64,000 nt of DNA. Origin: Pecten maximus (taxonomy: Eukaryota). Position numbers and translations under genes: made by a program. The notes under the pieces are model-generated. The model did no database searches. It was not told the DNA's origin and saw nothing but the letters and a program-made list of their open reading frames with translations. The stretch is from positions 40,424,001-40,488,000 of the forward strand of contig NC_047020.1 in the NCBI RefSeq assembly GCF_902652985.1. Reading direction: 5' to 3'. Positions 48,401 through 60,200 of the stretch are shown piece by piece. The first letter of the stretch is position 1, and the number at the start of each line of letters is the position of its first letter.

Positions 48401-51400
48401 TCAGTATTAATACTAAATTCAGTATTTTGGAAATATTTCCCCTCGTATATGCCTATGTTAAATTTTGACAAAACCAGCTATTTTATTATTGCGGGAACCG
48501 CAACACTTTTACCTATATACATGATTTTGATATTCTAGAGACAGTGGACCAGTCTACTACAAGTCAATCATGTAGCAGACCTTTCAAACTTTACCCATGG
48601 CCAACAAAATCTAATTATCCCCCGCGAAACGCGTTTGCGGGGGATATTAAATTGGGCTCCGTCCGTCCATGCGTCCGTCCGTCCGGCCGTCCGTGTGTCC
48701 GTCCGAGATTCTTTTCCGGGCTATAACTCCATACCCGTTCAACGCAGCTCCTTGAAACTTTCTGTATATATCAGACTAGTGCCCTAGTTGTGCCTTTTGC
48801 TATTGCGGACCTTCCATTTTCGGTATTTTTTCTGTCACCATGGAAACTTAGTCAAAAATACCAAATTACTGTTTCCTTTTGTTTCCGGGCTATAACTTAA
48901 AAAACATTTGATGCAGCTCCTTGAAACTTTCGGTATATATCAGGCTAGTGCCCTAGTTGTGCCTTTTGCTATTGCGGACCTTCCATTTTTGGTATTTTTT
49001 CTGTCACCATGGAAACTAAATAAAAAATACCAAATTACTGTTCCCTTTTGTTTCCGGACTATAACTCCAAAACCGTTCAATGCAGCTCCTTGAAACTTTC
49101 TGTATATATCGGACTAGTGCCCTAGTTGTGCCTTTTGTTATTGTAGACCTTCCATTTTCGGTATTTTTTCTGTCACCATGGAAACTTAATCAAAAATACC
49201 AAATTACTGTTTCCTTTTGTTTCCGGGCTATCACTCCATAACCGTTCAACGCAGCTCCTTGAAACTTTCTATATATATCAGATTAGTGCCCTAGTTGTGC
49301 CTTTTGCTATTGTGGACCTTCCATTTTCGATATTTTTTCTGTCACCATGGAAACTTAATCAAAAATACCAAATTACTGTTTCCTTTTGTTTCCGGACTAT
49401 AACTCCAAAACCGTTCAACGCAGCTCCTTGAAACTTTATGTATATATCAGACTAGTGCCCTAGTTGTGCCTTTTGCTATTGCAGACCTTCCATTTTCGGT
49501 ATTTTTTCTGTCACCATGGAAACTTAATCAAAAATACCAAATTACTGTTTCCTTTTGTTTCCGAGCTAAAATTAACTCCAAAACTGTTCATCGCAGCTCC
49601 TTGAAACTTTCTGAATATATCAGACTAGTTGTGCCTTTTGCTATTGCGGACCTTCCATTTTCGGTATTTTTTCTGTCACCATGGAAACTTAATCAAAAAT
49701 ACCAAATAACTGTTTCCTTAATAACTCTTACTTTGAGCTTGATATATACATGTATTTGGGTTTTCATACCAACTGCGGGGCGCAGGGGATAATGCCAAGC
49801 TTTGCGGCTCCTTGTTTGATCTAGAATATAAAGTTAATATTTACCTATAAGGCGCCTCCCTGACCACTAAAAAAACTGTAAATGCAATTTGTTAATCTTT
49901 CAAAGGTTGCAGTCGGTGCTTAAAAGCCATTCAAAATAAAAAAAGTTACAGAGAGATGTTATACTCATCTAAAGAATTAAGCATTTTTTTGGTTTAATTT
50001 AAGGCAGCAAGGCCAGGCGACTAACATTTCCAATTGGCGCCTAGATTTTATGACTTGGTAGCCTAATAGGCCACCTGGTGAAAATATCCACTTTGAGCCC
50101 TGATAATGTGAGATGTCTACAAACATTTCTGTCACACACAGTGATTTAAATTACTTTTTTAGTTGCCATTTTTTTTGCTTTCATGAACATAATTATTGAA
50201 AGAGGTTGAAATGGTTATATTTGATCAAAATCTGACAGCCGGATCATGGGTTTACTTATATTTGAATGCATTAAAATTCAATATGGCTTTTAACATATTA
50301 CAGTAGTTATCCCGTGATAAGCCCAGGGGGCCAGCATATTTTGTCTGATTTAAAGTCCAAGGAAACCTATTACATGACAATGATATAACATTTTGGCAAT
50401 TTTACTGAAAACAATAAATATATACATGTATTGGGCTCATAGTCATTGGCTTATTACCATATATGGGCTTATTGGCAGGCAAGGGCTTATTGCTGGAGAA
50501 GTACCTGTATTGACTTGTTTTTTGTTTTCCTCACAGCTGGAGTGATGTTCATTCCTTATGAAGAGACTGAGAATGAGATGGAGTATCATTTTCAAGTGAA
50601 CTATTTGGGACATTTTTACCTTACAAAACTGTTGCTATGGAAACTATGTGAATCAGGAACAGACAACTCCCACTCAAGAATTATAAATGTCTCATCGGTT
50701 GTACAGTGTGTAGGAAGCATTGATGTTGAAAGACTTGGAGAAAAGTAAGAGTGAATTTTCTGGAATAGTTTGAAAGGAAGCTAAGAACAATATAGTGTTA
50801 GGAAGTTAAGGGTCTCAAGATTAGATTACTAAAAAACTTTTTCTCTGGGCATTTGCATTCTGTCAGGCCTTTGAATATTTGGCAAAATTTAACAAAATAA
50901 TACAATTTTTTGTGAAAATTGAAACGATTGTTTTTTTTTAGATTATGTTACAAGCTTCAAGTTTTTATCAATGAACTCTAAATGTTCAGTCTGTCACTAT
51001 CAATCACATTGTGTACGCTTTTCGGATCAGTAATGATATCAATTAGTGTTTGGTTCCAGAATTAAAAATAAATGTATTGAAATTTCAGAAATTGTGTGAA
51101 CTACAGGGTTTGTAGTCACTTGTAGAATGTTGTGTACGGTGTAAGAGAGGAAGACGGAGTCCAAGTAGTTATATCTTGGTTTATTCACGTGTGTAGAACT
51201 GCTCAGTACAGTCCTTGGAAACCGACAAAATGGTACCACAATATCTAACCTTATATAGTCCTTAGGTATGAGTATGATTGATTGATACATGATAACACAT
51301 AAGACGTCTGTCATATAGCCTGAGACAATATTAGATAATCATGTACAACATGTTCTGTTAATATCAGATCATCTACGTCAACAGGTAAACAGAGTTGGTG

Positions 51401-53121
51401 CCAAAGGGCAAATATGTGTTATATAGAAATACAGATCTAGGAATATTTTTGGATATAAAATCTGATATATATTTTTAACTAAATTTTAAAATAATTTATT
51501 ATATTTCAATTGTTTGATATACTTTGAAACTGTAAAAGAATCTAAATCACTAAAAAAGGAGGAAATTTAAACCCTAGGTGTTAAAAACTGATAAGACTGC
51601 ATGATTCAGGCTACAATAAACCACATAGCCGTTTTCATTATTTTTTTACGTGTCGCAGAGGTCTATCTTTATCTTTTGGCATCGGTCTGGCAAAATCATA
51701 TTACATATTATACACATAACAAATCATAAATTTGATATGATGTTTCTTTCCCAAACAGATGTATCCACTGGTCTCAATACTCGCCACATGCAGCTTATGC
51801 AGACTCGAAGTTGGCCATTGTCTTAGCTACATACTCAATGGATAGTAAACTAAGGGGAGACAAATCTAAAATATCTATAAATGCAGTCCATCCGGGAATC
51901 GTCAACACACCCCTGTATAGACATGTACACAGGGGGATAAAGTGGCTACTAGACCTGGTGGCCAGATTTACCTACAAGGTAACATTACCTAACTACCATG
52001 TTTGTACTTAAAATACTTTCATTACCACAATGAAATATTAATATTAAACAATAATACTGTTCGATATATGTGCAGGGTTAATCTGGGATTTGGGGAAATA
52101 TACTACCCATTATGAAATTTAGGCGAAATTAAGGGCTGCAGTTTCTTGGATAAGTCTTTAAACTTAAACATTTTACAGGTATTCTTTGCGATAGTTCTAA
52201 CATATTTCATAAAAACTTGGGGATCTTCCCTGTTTTGGAAAAAATTCCAAGTTTCATAGGATTTTTTCTTGATGGGGAATTTGTTTTTATTCAATGGGAA
52301 AACACCATCATTGAGGAATATACCTAATTTGGGTAGTAGAATCGGTCTAGTGTAACTGGAAAAGGGATAGTGAGCCTCCACAGGGGATCTTATCTGCAAC
52401 ACCAGAATTACTGGTCTACTGCTCTACCAACTGAGCTAAAGGGGAATTCTCTCTGGTGCGAACCTATAGGGTGACCATATTACTGTGTACACTATTTACA
52501 ACTAAAACCTGCTAAACTATTTAAATGTGCGTGTCCTGGAATGTACATCAACTGGGTTATCAATGAAGCCCCTCAGTCTCCTTTATCTTGCACTTGGAGT
52601 GGTCAACAACACCAAATGTAGCAGGGAAAGAAGTAGTGTGCCTCTAACTGGGATTGACCCGAGACCCTCGGGTATTTGAGAATAAAGTAAAAACTCAAAT
52701 AGTTACAAATTTACCTAGTCAGCTCTACAAATATTTTAATGTTCCTGCCATTTTGACATAAAATGTTCTGGTTTGCTTTATTTCCATCCAGGCTGGAGCA
52801 GGCAAACGTTTCACAAAAATCTTCCGTCATAATGATAGGACCTCTGTATAGTGTATTAATTGATAATTACCAGGTATATTAAGAGGATTCACGTTATTTG
52901 TATTATATTTTCAGACACCAGTCCAGGGAGCAGATGGAATCCTCTTTCTTGCCTTATCGGACAGTTTAGAGGGAAACAGTGGTGGTTACTATGACAACTG
53001 TTCTAAAGTTTCCTCGAAAGGACTTTCCTATAATAAAGACTTACAAGAGAGATTACTAAAGAAATCAGAAGAAATTCTACAAACATTTGTGAATAGAACA
53101 TTTTACGGAAACCAGGATTAA
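45403..53121 (+). CDS. DHRSX: Short-chain dehydrogenase/reductase, DHRSX orthologue (polyprenol dehydrogenase/dolichal reductase), 7 exons
   Basis: Exons are 45403-45529, 46804-46911, 47497-47565, 48025-48126, 50537-50744, 51759-51978 and 52915-53121, all GT-AG and in frame. SDR motifs are TGGSSGIG, LINNAGVM, VNYLGHF, RIINVSS and YSPHAAYADSK. The N-terminal ALLKIYVVGTLVLVRQIL resembles the DHRSX N-terminus. AATAAA follows at 53123. Confidence 0.88.
48615..49816 (+). mobile_element. Helentron-associated interspersed element (HINE) with ~6 tandem 169-bp satellite units, in DHRSX intron 4
   Basis: 5' tatcccccgc/gcgggggata hairpin, then a (GTCC)n tract. Units start at 48721, 48890, 49059, 49228, 49397 and 49566. 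The 3' end has gcaggggata and a terminal cttgtt. Confidence 0.85.
51095..51508. mobile_element. Solo LTR (414 bp, TG...CA, 4-bp TSD ATTG) in DHRSX intron 5
   Basis: Homologous to 23260-23674, with an independent TSD. Confidence 0.85.
52374..52445 (-). mobile_element. Degenerate tRNA-derived repeat head (pseudo-tRNA, Thr-like)
   Basis: Minus strand TAGCTCAGTTGGTAGAGC (A box) and an AGT-containing loop, but the T-arm/B box is broken. A second partial copy lies near 52620-52680. Confidence 0.5.
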
Positions 53122-54164
53122 CAATAAAACAGGAAATGACAAAAAAATTCTTTGGCTTGTTTTTGATTTATATATATTTATTTTTCATTGTGCAAATCTT
53201 ACAATATATACCAGGTAGTTACACATGTATACACACATTTACATATAAAATGTGCTGTAAATGATTACACACACATAATTACACATACATTAATTACAAA
53301 GAAATACATTTATAAATGCACAAACATACATATTTACCTGGTACATGTTATGACATACATAATTATATGTTCTGCACATGAATTTACATTTTGCACAAAT
53401 GTTAAGACACTTACATAATTCAACATACATGTACATACGTAATTGCACATACATACATAATTATACATGCATTCCAAATGTACATAATTAACTTCATCAT
53501 ACATACATTGTTACATACACATACATACATAATTACTCTCTGTAACCTTTAGATGCAGATCATACCCTGTCAGTGAATTGTATAGTTAAAAAGTAACTTG
53601 TGAAAGTGACCTTTTTTCGTTACAACTAGATAGTAGCTCGTTCAGAGTCTCTCGTGCTCTCCACTAAATATCCTGTTCAAGGATCAAGATACAACAGCTT
53701 TTACTGTTTTCTGGGAACAATTTCTAATGAGAACATTGTCTTCATGTTGAATAACCAGTGACCATTTAATAAATATGGATGAGTTCAGTAGATGTAACAT
53801 GTCATCACCACACTGTACAAGAATTCCAGTTCACTATTTGACAATTGTGTTACCAAAGTTTGTATCTGTATATGTTCATCGTAACTGCTCATCCTGGAAG
53901 TACAGTAGTAGAACTCCATTATACTAGTAATACCATTTTCTTTGGAACAGTAGATCCCATTATCCTGCAATATAAAACAACAGATGAATAAACCTACATT
54001 TTATATGATATGTATTATATGACGGTATAGAGACAGGAACAGGGGCTTTCATTAAAATGAGAGATACAGATACATCTTAAATCTTTCCTTTGACTATTAT
54101 ATTCAAATATAATATTTTACAACAATTTCGAAACAAGTTAACCAGTTAATCAACTTATATTTGT

Positions 54165-54345
54165 TAATCACTCTTGTGGGCCCTGATGGAATTGCACCAG
54201 GGACCTTACTGTTGGAGGAAACCAGAGTACCCTGAGAAAACCTAAGTTGTCTGGCAGAAAACCGCTATATCTTTCCACATCCGATCAGGGAATCAAACCC
54301 CGGCAATCTAGTAAAAGGCCATCGAGTTACCACTGTGTCGCCCAA
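54165..54345 (-). mobile_element. tRNA-derived V-SINE-like element
   Basis: ggaggaaaccagagtaccctgagaaaacc is the reverse complement of the V-domain-like core; a tRNA-like head with a B-box remnant follows. Confidence 0.55.
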
Positions 54346-54483
54346 CTACCCAGAATATTGGACCATCATGTCAACTTTGGACCAGTGCTTTTAATCATGA
54401 ACTTGTGCCATGGACCAGTGATGTTGAAATTTGATTTCTTGTCCTACATAGACAGGTAGTCTTTATAGTCAGGTAGAGATGGT

Positions 54484-54658
54484 CAGGGCTTCCAGTTGAC
54501 CCTTGACTTTTAGCAATTTCAGAAGTCAAATCATCTTTTCTCAGAAATGTGAAGGGTCAAAACATTATCTCAAATAGACATGCTCCTTCAAACTCAAGAG
54601 TCAAGATCTGATTTTGGAGAGTCAAAAACATACTCTCAAGGGTCTACTGGATGCCCTG
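54484..54658. mobile_element. 175-bp MITE with ~23-bp TIRs (CAGGG...CCCTG)
   Basis: cagggcttccagttgacccttga / tcaagggtctactggatgccctg, flanked by atggt on both sides. Confidence 0.7.
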
Positions 54659-54749
54659 ATGGTACCCATAAGAATTACAGAATTTAAAAGATAAACATAC
54701 TGTCTTCAGTACATCATTAAAACTTTGCTACTGGGGTTAAGTATGTAGA

Positions 54750-56887
54750 TTACAGCCGGCGAGTGTTATACCTGGCAGTCTGAACATATAATATTTGTTC
54801 AATCTTTGCGATCTCTAGCACCATAATGATATACCGCCGTGTCACATTGAAATCATGGTCTGTGAAAAGTTTCAAACCTGCATCGTCCCCTGAATCTCTT
54901 TCATCAAGCATATCTATATCTAGGTCATCATCGTTAGTGTCGCTTTCGTCATCATCGTCACCTTCGTCGTCTTCTTCATCCTCTTCTTCATCCTCTAGAT
55001 TCTAAAGAACAAAAGAATTCATTACATTTTATTTCCATAATCATTGATCATGATCTGCAAATAAAGTAAGACTACTGCATGAACCTGAACCTGTTACAAA
55101 CACAAAATGAGCAAATCATGAAGAATTTATTAGAATAATATTTCAAGCAATGTTTTGTAATAATCTGTCTGACTGTTTCATTTTCATACATAGATTTTGG
55201 GACCTCATACACATTGTTAACGTTTTTGGTCATTTTTTTGTTTTTTTTTGTGCAAAATACACAGATAGGTTTTTATAGCAATTTCAAACAGCATCAATTT
55301 ATAAATTTTACTTTAGTATAGTCATGCTCGAATATTCCATCCATTGTGGAAATACTCAAGAATTTACCTCAACTGCAGTTTTCCCAATCGGTATGATGTT
55401 GCTGTCTTTCTTTGCTATACTCTCAAGCTGAATAGGAAACACAAAACAATGTTTATTAGATAAGGTCCATGGTACATATTTCCATAGGAGTTTAGTGTAA
55501 AAGGAGGAGGGTGTGGGTCAATGGGACTTTTATCAAGTGTGAAATAATGTCTCTGTACATGTCATTTATCTGAAGGAGCATGTTTAATTTATTTGTCTCA
55601 GTTTTTAGAATCATAAATCGTCATGCTATGTTTTTCTCTATTCTCTCCACTATAAAGAATATAAGACTTGGTTACGGCACCGATATATATATATATATAC
55701 TGTATATATAAATGACGTCACAACCAAGTCTTAAGGAAGCTGAGACAGACATAATGGAAAGATAACGGAAGAGCAAGCCCAGCCAAATAAGGTCCAGACA
55801 AACACAGATCAGGTTTGTGAAGGAAGGTGAAACATCCAGATTAGAAAAAACTTCCTGAATCCTTAGTAGGACAGGCGACTGAAAGCTGGCTGTAGACCTT
55901 TACCAGAGACTGATTTTTCCGGACACCATACTAACCAACCTAAGACCGGATATGGTTCATTGTCATATAGATGACAGTCCCACGAGAGGATAGGTGCAGT
56001 ACAGCCCACTAAAAGGAAGAGAGCTAAGTATGAAGCATTAATTATATAATTGCTGATGGAGTGCAGGGAGAGAGGATGGCAGACATGGAGCTACCCAATT
56101 GAGGTTGGATGCAAAGTCTTTCTGCACAGTTTGTGTGGAGAATGCTATCTGCAGTAGGAGTGTTTAGCAGGACAAAAAGTTCAGCAGTACAGAGGATGGC
56201 CAAGGCAGCAGAAAGATTTTCATGCTGGGTGTGGATGAAGGATACAAAGCTGGACACCAAACCACCAATGTGCAGTGGATGATCATCACACTAGTCAGAA
56301 CAAGAGATTAGGCCATGCATGCCCACTGGAAGTCTTAATTTGCTTGGGTTGAGTGAACTGATAACTACAGATGTATGAAAATTAAATGAAAAATACAGGA
56401 AACAATTTTTTAATCTAAATCTTTTTTAAAACTGTCATGATCATCTCAAGATTTATGTGCCGATTAAAAAACAAACCATAATTATCGTGTTTAATAAGAC
56501 GATGCATTAGGTTTACAGAAAGGTGCCCGTGTATTCCAATCAGTGAATAAAGGGCCACAACTCCAATATTGTGGGATGCTAGCTACAATTGTAGGCCATA
56601 TATTTGTATGTGTATAATACATGTATTGTTGCTTCTACGATCAAATCTGGTAAGTTTTTGACGATTCTGAGTCCGTCTCGAAAGAGATGGACATCCATCT
56701 GTCTAATAATAGATGAATGTTAATACAAAGAGAACCGATCGAATAGGAATAAACAGTACAAGTTTACCCAGAGATTGTGTTCTTCCTCTAGTTCGGATAG
56801 TTCGTTTTCATCGTCGCATGGTCTGTCAACAGTAAACCACAATGGATCTACTGCACCAGGCAGCAGTGTTGGAAATCTCATCGCCAT
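54750..56887 (-). CDS. ANAPC15: Anaphase-promoting complex subunit 15 (3' end uncertain)
   Basis: Exons are 56887-56768 (MAMRFPTLLPGAVDPLWFTVDRPCDDENELSELEEEHNLW), 55427-55368 (LESIAKKDSNIIPIGKTAVE) and 55001 downward (acidic NLEDEEEDEEDDEGDDDES...). The stop is at 54750-54752 if exon 3 reads through; an alternative donor is possible at 54878. Confidence 0.9.
55705..56340 (+). mobile_element. HERO-clade (RLE-type) non-LTR retrotransposon 3' fragment in ANAPC15 intron 1
   Basis: Degenerate RHNQVL..RFVKEG..LAVDL..LIFP..TNLRPDMV..RKRAKYEAL..CRERGWQTWSYPIEVGC..VWRMLSAVG..AAERFSCWVW. Confidence 0.8.
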
Positions 56888-57228
56888 TTCAAGAAATCCC
56901 CGAAAGGCCACTTATCAATGTCACCAAGAAGCTTGAAAAGTTATGAATGGTGCAAAACGTTTTAACAGAGACCTATATACTCTATATAGGTCTCTGGTTT
57001 TAATGATTAAAAAAACTTTCGATCTTTCTTTTTTGAAGAAAAACAATACGGCACAACTCGATTTATATTGTTTCATTAATACTAAGACATTCATGTGGGC
57101 CTAATTGTTTCATAGGCAAAAGAAAAAGTTTGAAAACCATAATACGAAAATAAATATATTTTTCTCCTAGCTCCACTTTCTATGACATTTCAAAACTTCC
57201 GGTATAGAATCAACACGTGCAAAACAAA
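56888..57228. promoter_or_regulatory. Bidirectional promoter region ANAPC15/SDAD1 (341 bp between start codons)
   Basis: Head-to-head ATGs, an ETS motif ACTTCCGG at 57195-57202 and an E-box CACGTG at 57214-57219. Confidence 0.7.
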
Positions 57229-60200
57229 ATGTCAGATAAAAATCGAAATAAGTTACCAAGTAATTTGCCGCAGCTACAAAATCTTATCAAGCGTGATCCT
57301 GGATCGTACAAAGATGAGGTTTGTATACATAATATACTTGTTCTGTAGATAGGAAATATGCTAGCAGATATTTTGGTGTAGCAATTGCAGCTGCCAACTG
57401 TTTTACTGTAGTGTAGACTACATGATCTAGTCTTTTACATTACAACAGGGTCACAGGCACTTGTATCTGGTAATTAACACCAAAGTTAAAACTATCCTAG
57501 ATATATACTTATCTGTATATAGTACATATCGAGGATAATTTTAACTCTGGTGTCAGTTACCAGATACAAGTACTTATGATCGTTAATTGTTCAAAATTAA
57601 AGGTGATTATATACTATAATCACAGTTTAACAACAATCCTGATAAAATAGTTTCTGGTGAAACCAGAGACTTATATACTATGGTTAAACTAACTTGACAA
57701 AATTTCATGAAACTATAACCATTGTCAGTCTCTTCTTACCTATCCATTTTAAGGACAGGGGGAATACACACACTAAAAGGTTTTGAAGTAAAAATGAGAT
57801 TTTCACTAATCAAGTGATTAAGCTAATCACCCTTTGATCCATAGGGCCCGGATAGGGGAAGGTATACAAATGGGAATATTGGAATAAATTAACACAATTG
57901 AAATGCTATACAGCAACGTCAGATTTAATTTAGGTCTTTGACGTACATAAAAGTGTATTCCATTCCAACCACTACACAGCTTCTAGTACATAATATTCAG
58001 AATATTTCTGTAATGCTGGGTCATGCTAACATTTTAATCAGGCTTTAGGCTGATGTCTTTACAAAAAAGGTCATAAAGAAATGGTGTAACAAAAGGAAAG
58101 CAAGAAAATGACAATATAATTACAAAAGTACATATAATTGCAGGTACATATTTATGCACTTATAGATTTGATATTTAAATCAATAACTTATTAAACACAA
58201 TAGAATGTCTCTTTTTTGCTTCATGTATGTATATACGTAGCTGTGGATCCAAAGAAGCGTACAATGTATCACACTGGCCTCATGGCTTTTTCTAAGATTT
58301 TTTGGGGCCCCATTATATTCCCAATTGAAATTATTTCATATTGAAGTCAAATTCCCAAAATTTGAATTTTACTCCTGAAAAAATCTGTCCAGATTCACCA
58401 TTTTCCCCTCGAAGTTAGACAAAAAAAAACAATTTCAAACCAGCGAGAAAAATCCCTGTAAGGTTGTTAGTTTGTTTTGTACTTTGAGATTGGATCTCCT
58501 TGTTGGACTTAGATGCTGGTGGATATCTCACTAAACAATATACAAGAGGCATGGTTCATACCATCCAGTTTAGTTGGGGGTAAATGTCTTGTCCAGGGAT
58601 ATAACCAATGAACCACAACAGCACAGGATAGTCTGTGATCTAATGATCAACTTTCTGAGAAATGCCAATCAAATGGAATCATATATACAATGAATACATA
58701 ATGACTGATCGATGTGTACTGTCGCTTGTAAGGACTAGGTTGTGTTGCTTTGCCTTGAATATATATAATATTATGCTGAGTGGAAGTTATCTATATTCTA
58801 GCCAATTAAAATTGAATATATAACTAGATATTTCCCCAATATATAAGCAGCAGGCACAGATTTATATATGAAACTGTTATGTGTTAATGTCTTACATATA
58901 TGTGTTTCTCTTTTACAGTTTATGCAACAGTACAGACATTACGAGTCAAATTTACAAATTTTTCATCTTCAACCTTCAACCTACACAAAGACTTTGGATG
59001 AGCTGGTGCTTTTCATTGCACAGGTGAGAACACACCTTTCATGCTAATGTACATTGTATGTTGTATGAGAGAATCAATAAATCTTTTATTGTCATGATCA
59101 TGTTCCAATAATTCATAGTATTATGACATGAATAGGAACTCAAGTGAGACTATTTCAGAATGGAAATATATAATTAGGAAAATCAAATGGACCAAAACAA
59201 ATGTTAAAATATATTAAGGAAGGTATATTGACCCCATTGATTAATTTCTTTGCTGAATTGTGGATTTTGAAAGATTTTAAAGAACATCATCATTGAAAAC
59301 CAGTTTCCTGATTACTGTATGCACATGTTTATTTTCTCTTTTTGTGTTCAGATAATGAATATGCATTTACATATATAGTACTTACCCTGAAATAAGCCCC
59401 GGCCCCTTCCCTAGTGGGTAGGTTATTTGCAGATAAATTCAATTTATAACTTTTTGGTTTTTTTTTTCAGGTTTCACAATGTTATCCAGAGGAGGTGTCA
59501 GATTTTCCACAACATTTACAGGATTTACTTAGAAGACATGCCACTGTTCTGGACAAGACAATGAGAATGGTCTGTTCTATTTTTAGTTAAAGATCTTACA
59601 TCACTGAGAGCTTTAATTGTACACTTCTTTTAAATGCAAAAATGCATAACCTAGCACCCATGGTATAGAAGTATATCTAAATTTAACAACAACAAACAGA
59701 AAATAATAATTGCTTCCTGAAAACGTTGTTTACAATCATTTTAAGAATTTTAAAATTAAACTAAAAGTTACATACAAAGGCCCTCTCATACCATCCAGAG
59801 CAGTTATAGGGTAAAGCATCATGATCAAGGACACAAATGTGACAGCACAGACCAGACCGGTCCGTTTCTCAGCTTGTCATGCTGTCATAGGTAGGGAGTA
59901 TCGAACCACGCATATATCGGACCTTCACCAGAGGTTAATAATTAACTGAGCTATCGCAGTCTTGATTAATTTGCTGGAGGTGTAGCATCTTAAAACTTTA
60001 CATTCAATATACCATACATGTGTATAAGTTACGTACCAAGAATATATTTGTAAGAAACATCAGCGATTCAGCATTTATTGAACCAGTATATGTGTTTACA
60101 TGTATATATGTGCATGAAACATTTTAGGGAAATAAGTAATAGTAATGTTTTGCAGGGTTGTTTAGGTGAGTTGTAAATCCCATCTCCAAAGTTTTTATGA

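Noticed and set aside
52374-52445. Functional tRNA gene
   Set aside because: The T-loop/B box and stems are disrupted; it is repeat-derived.
53785-53970. Separate 61-aa gene downstream of ANAPC15
   Set aside because: No recognisable homology, and the upstream frame through the candidate donor contains a stop; it is likely 3'UTR.
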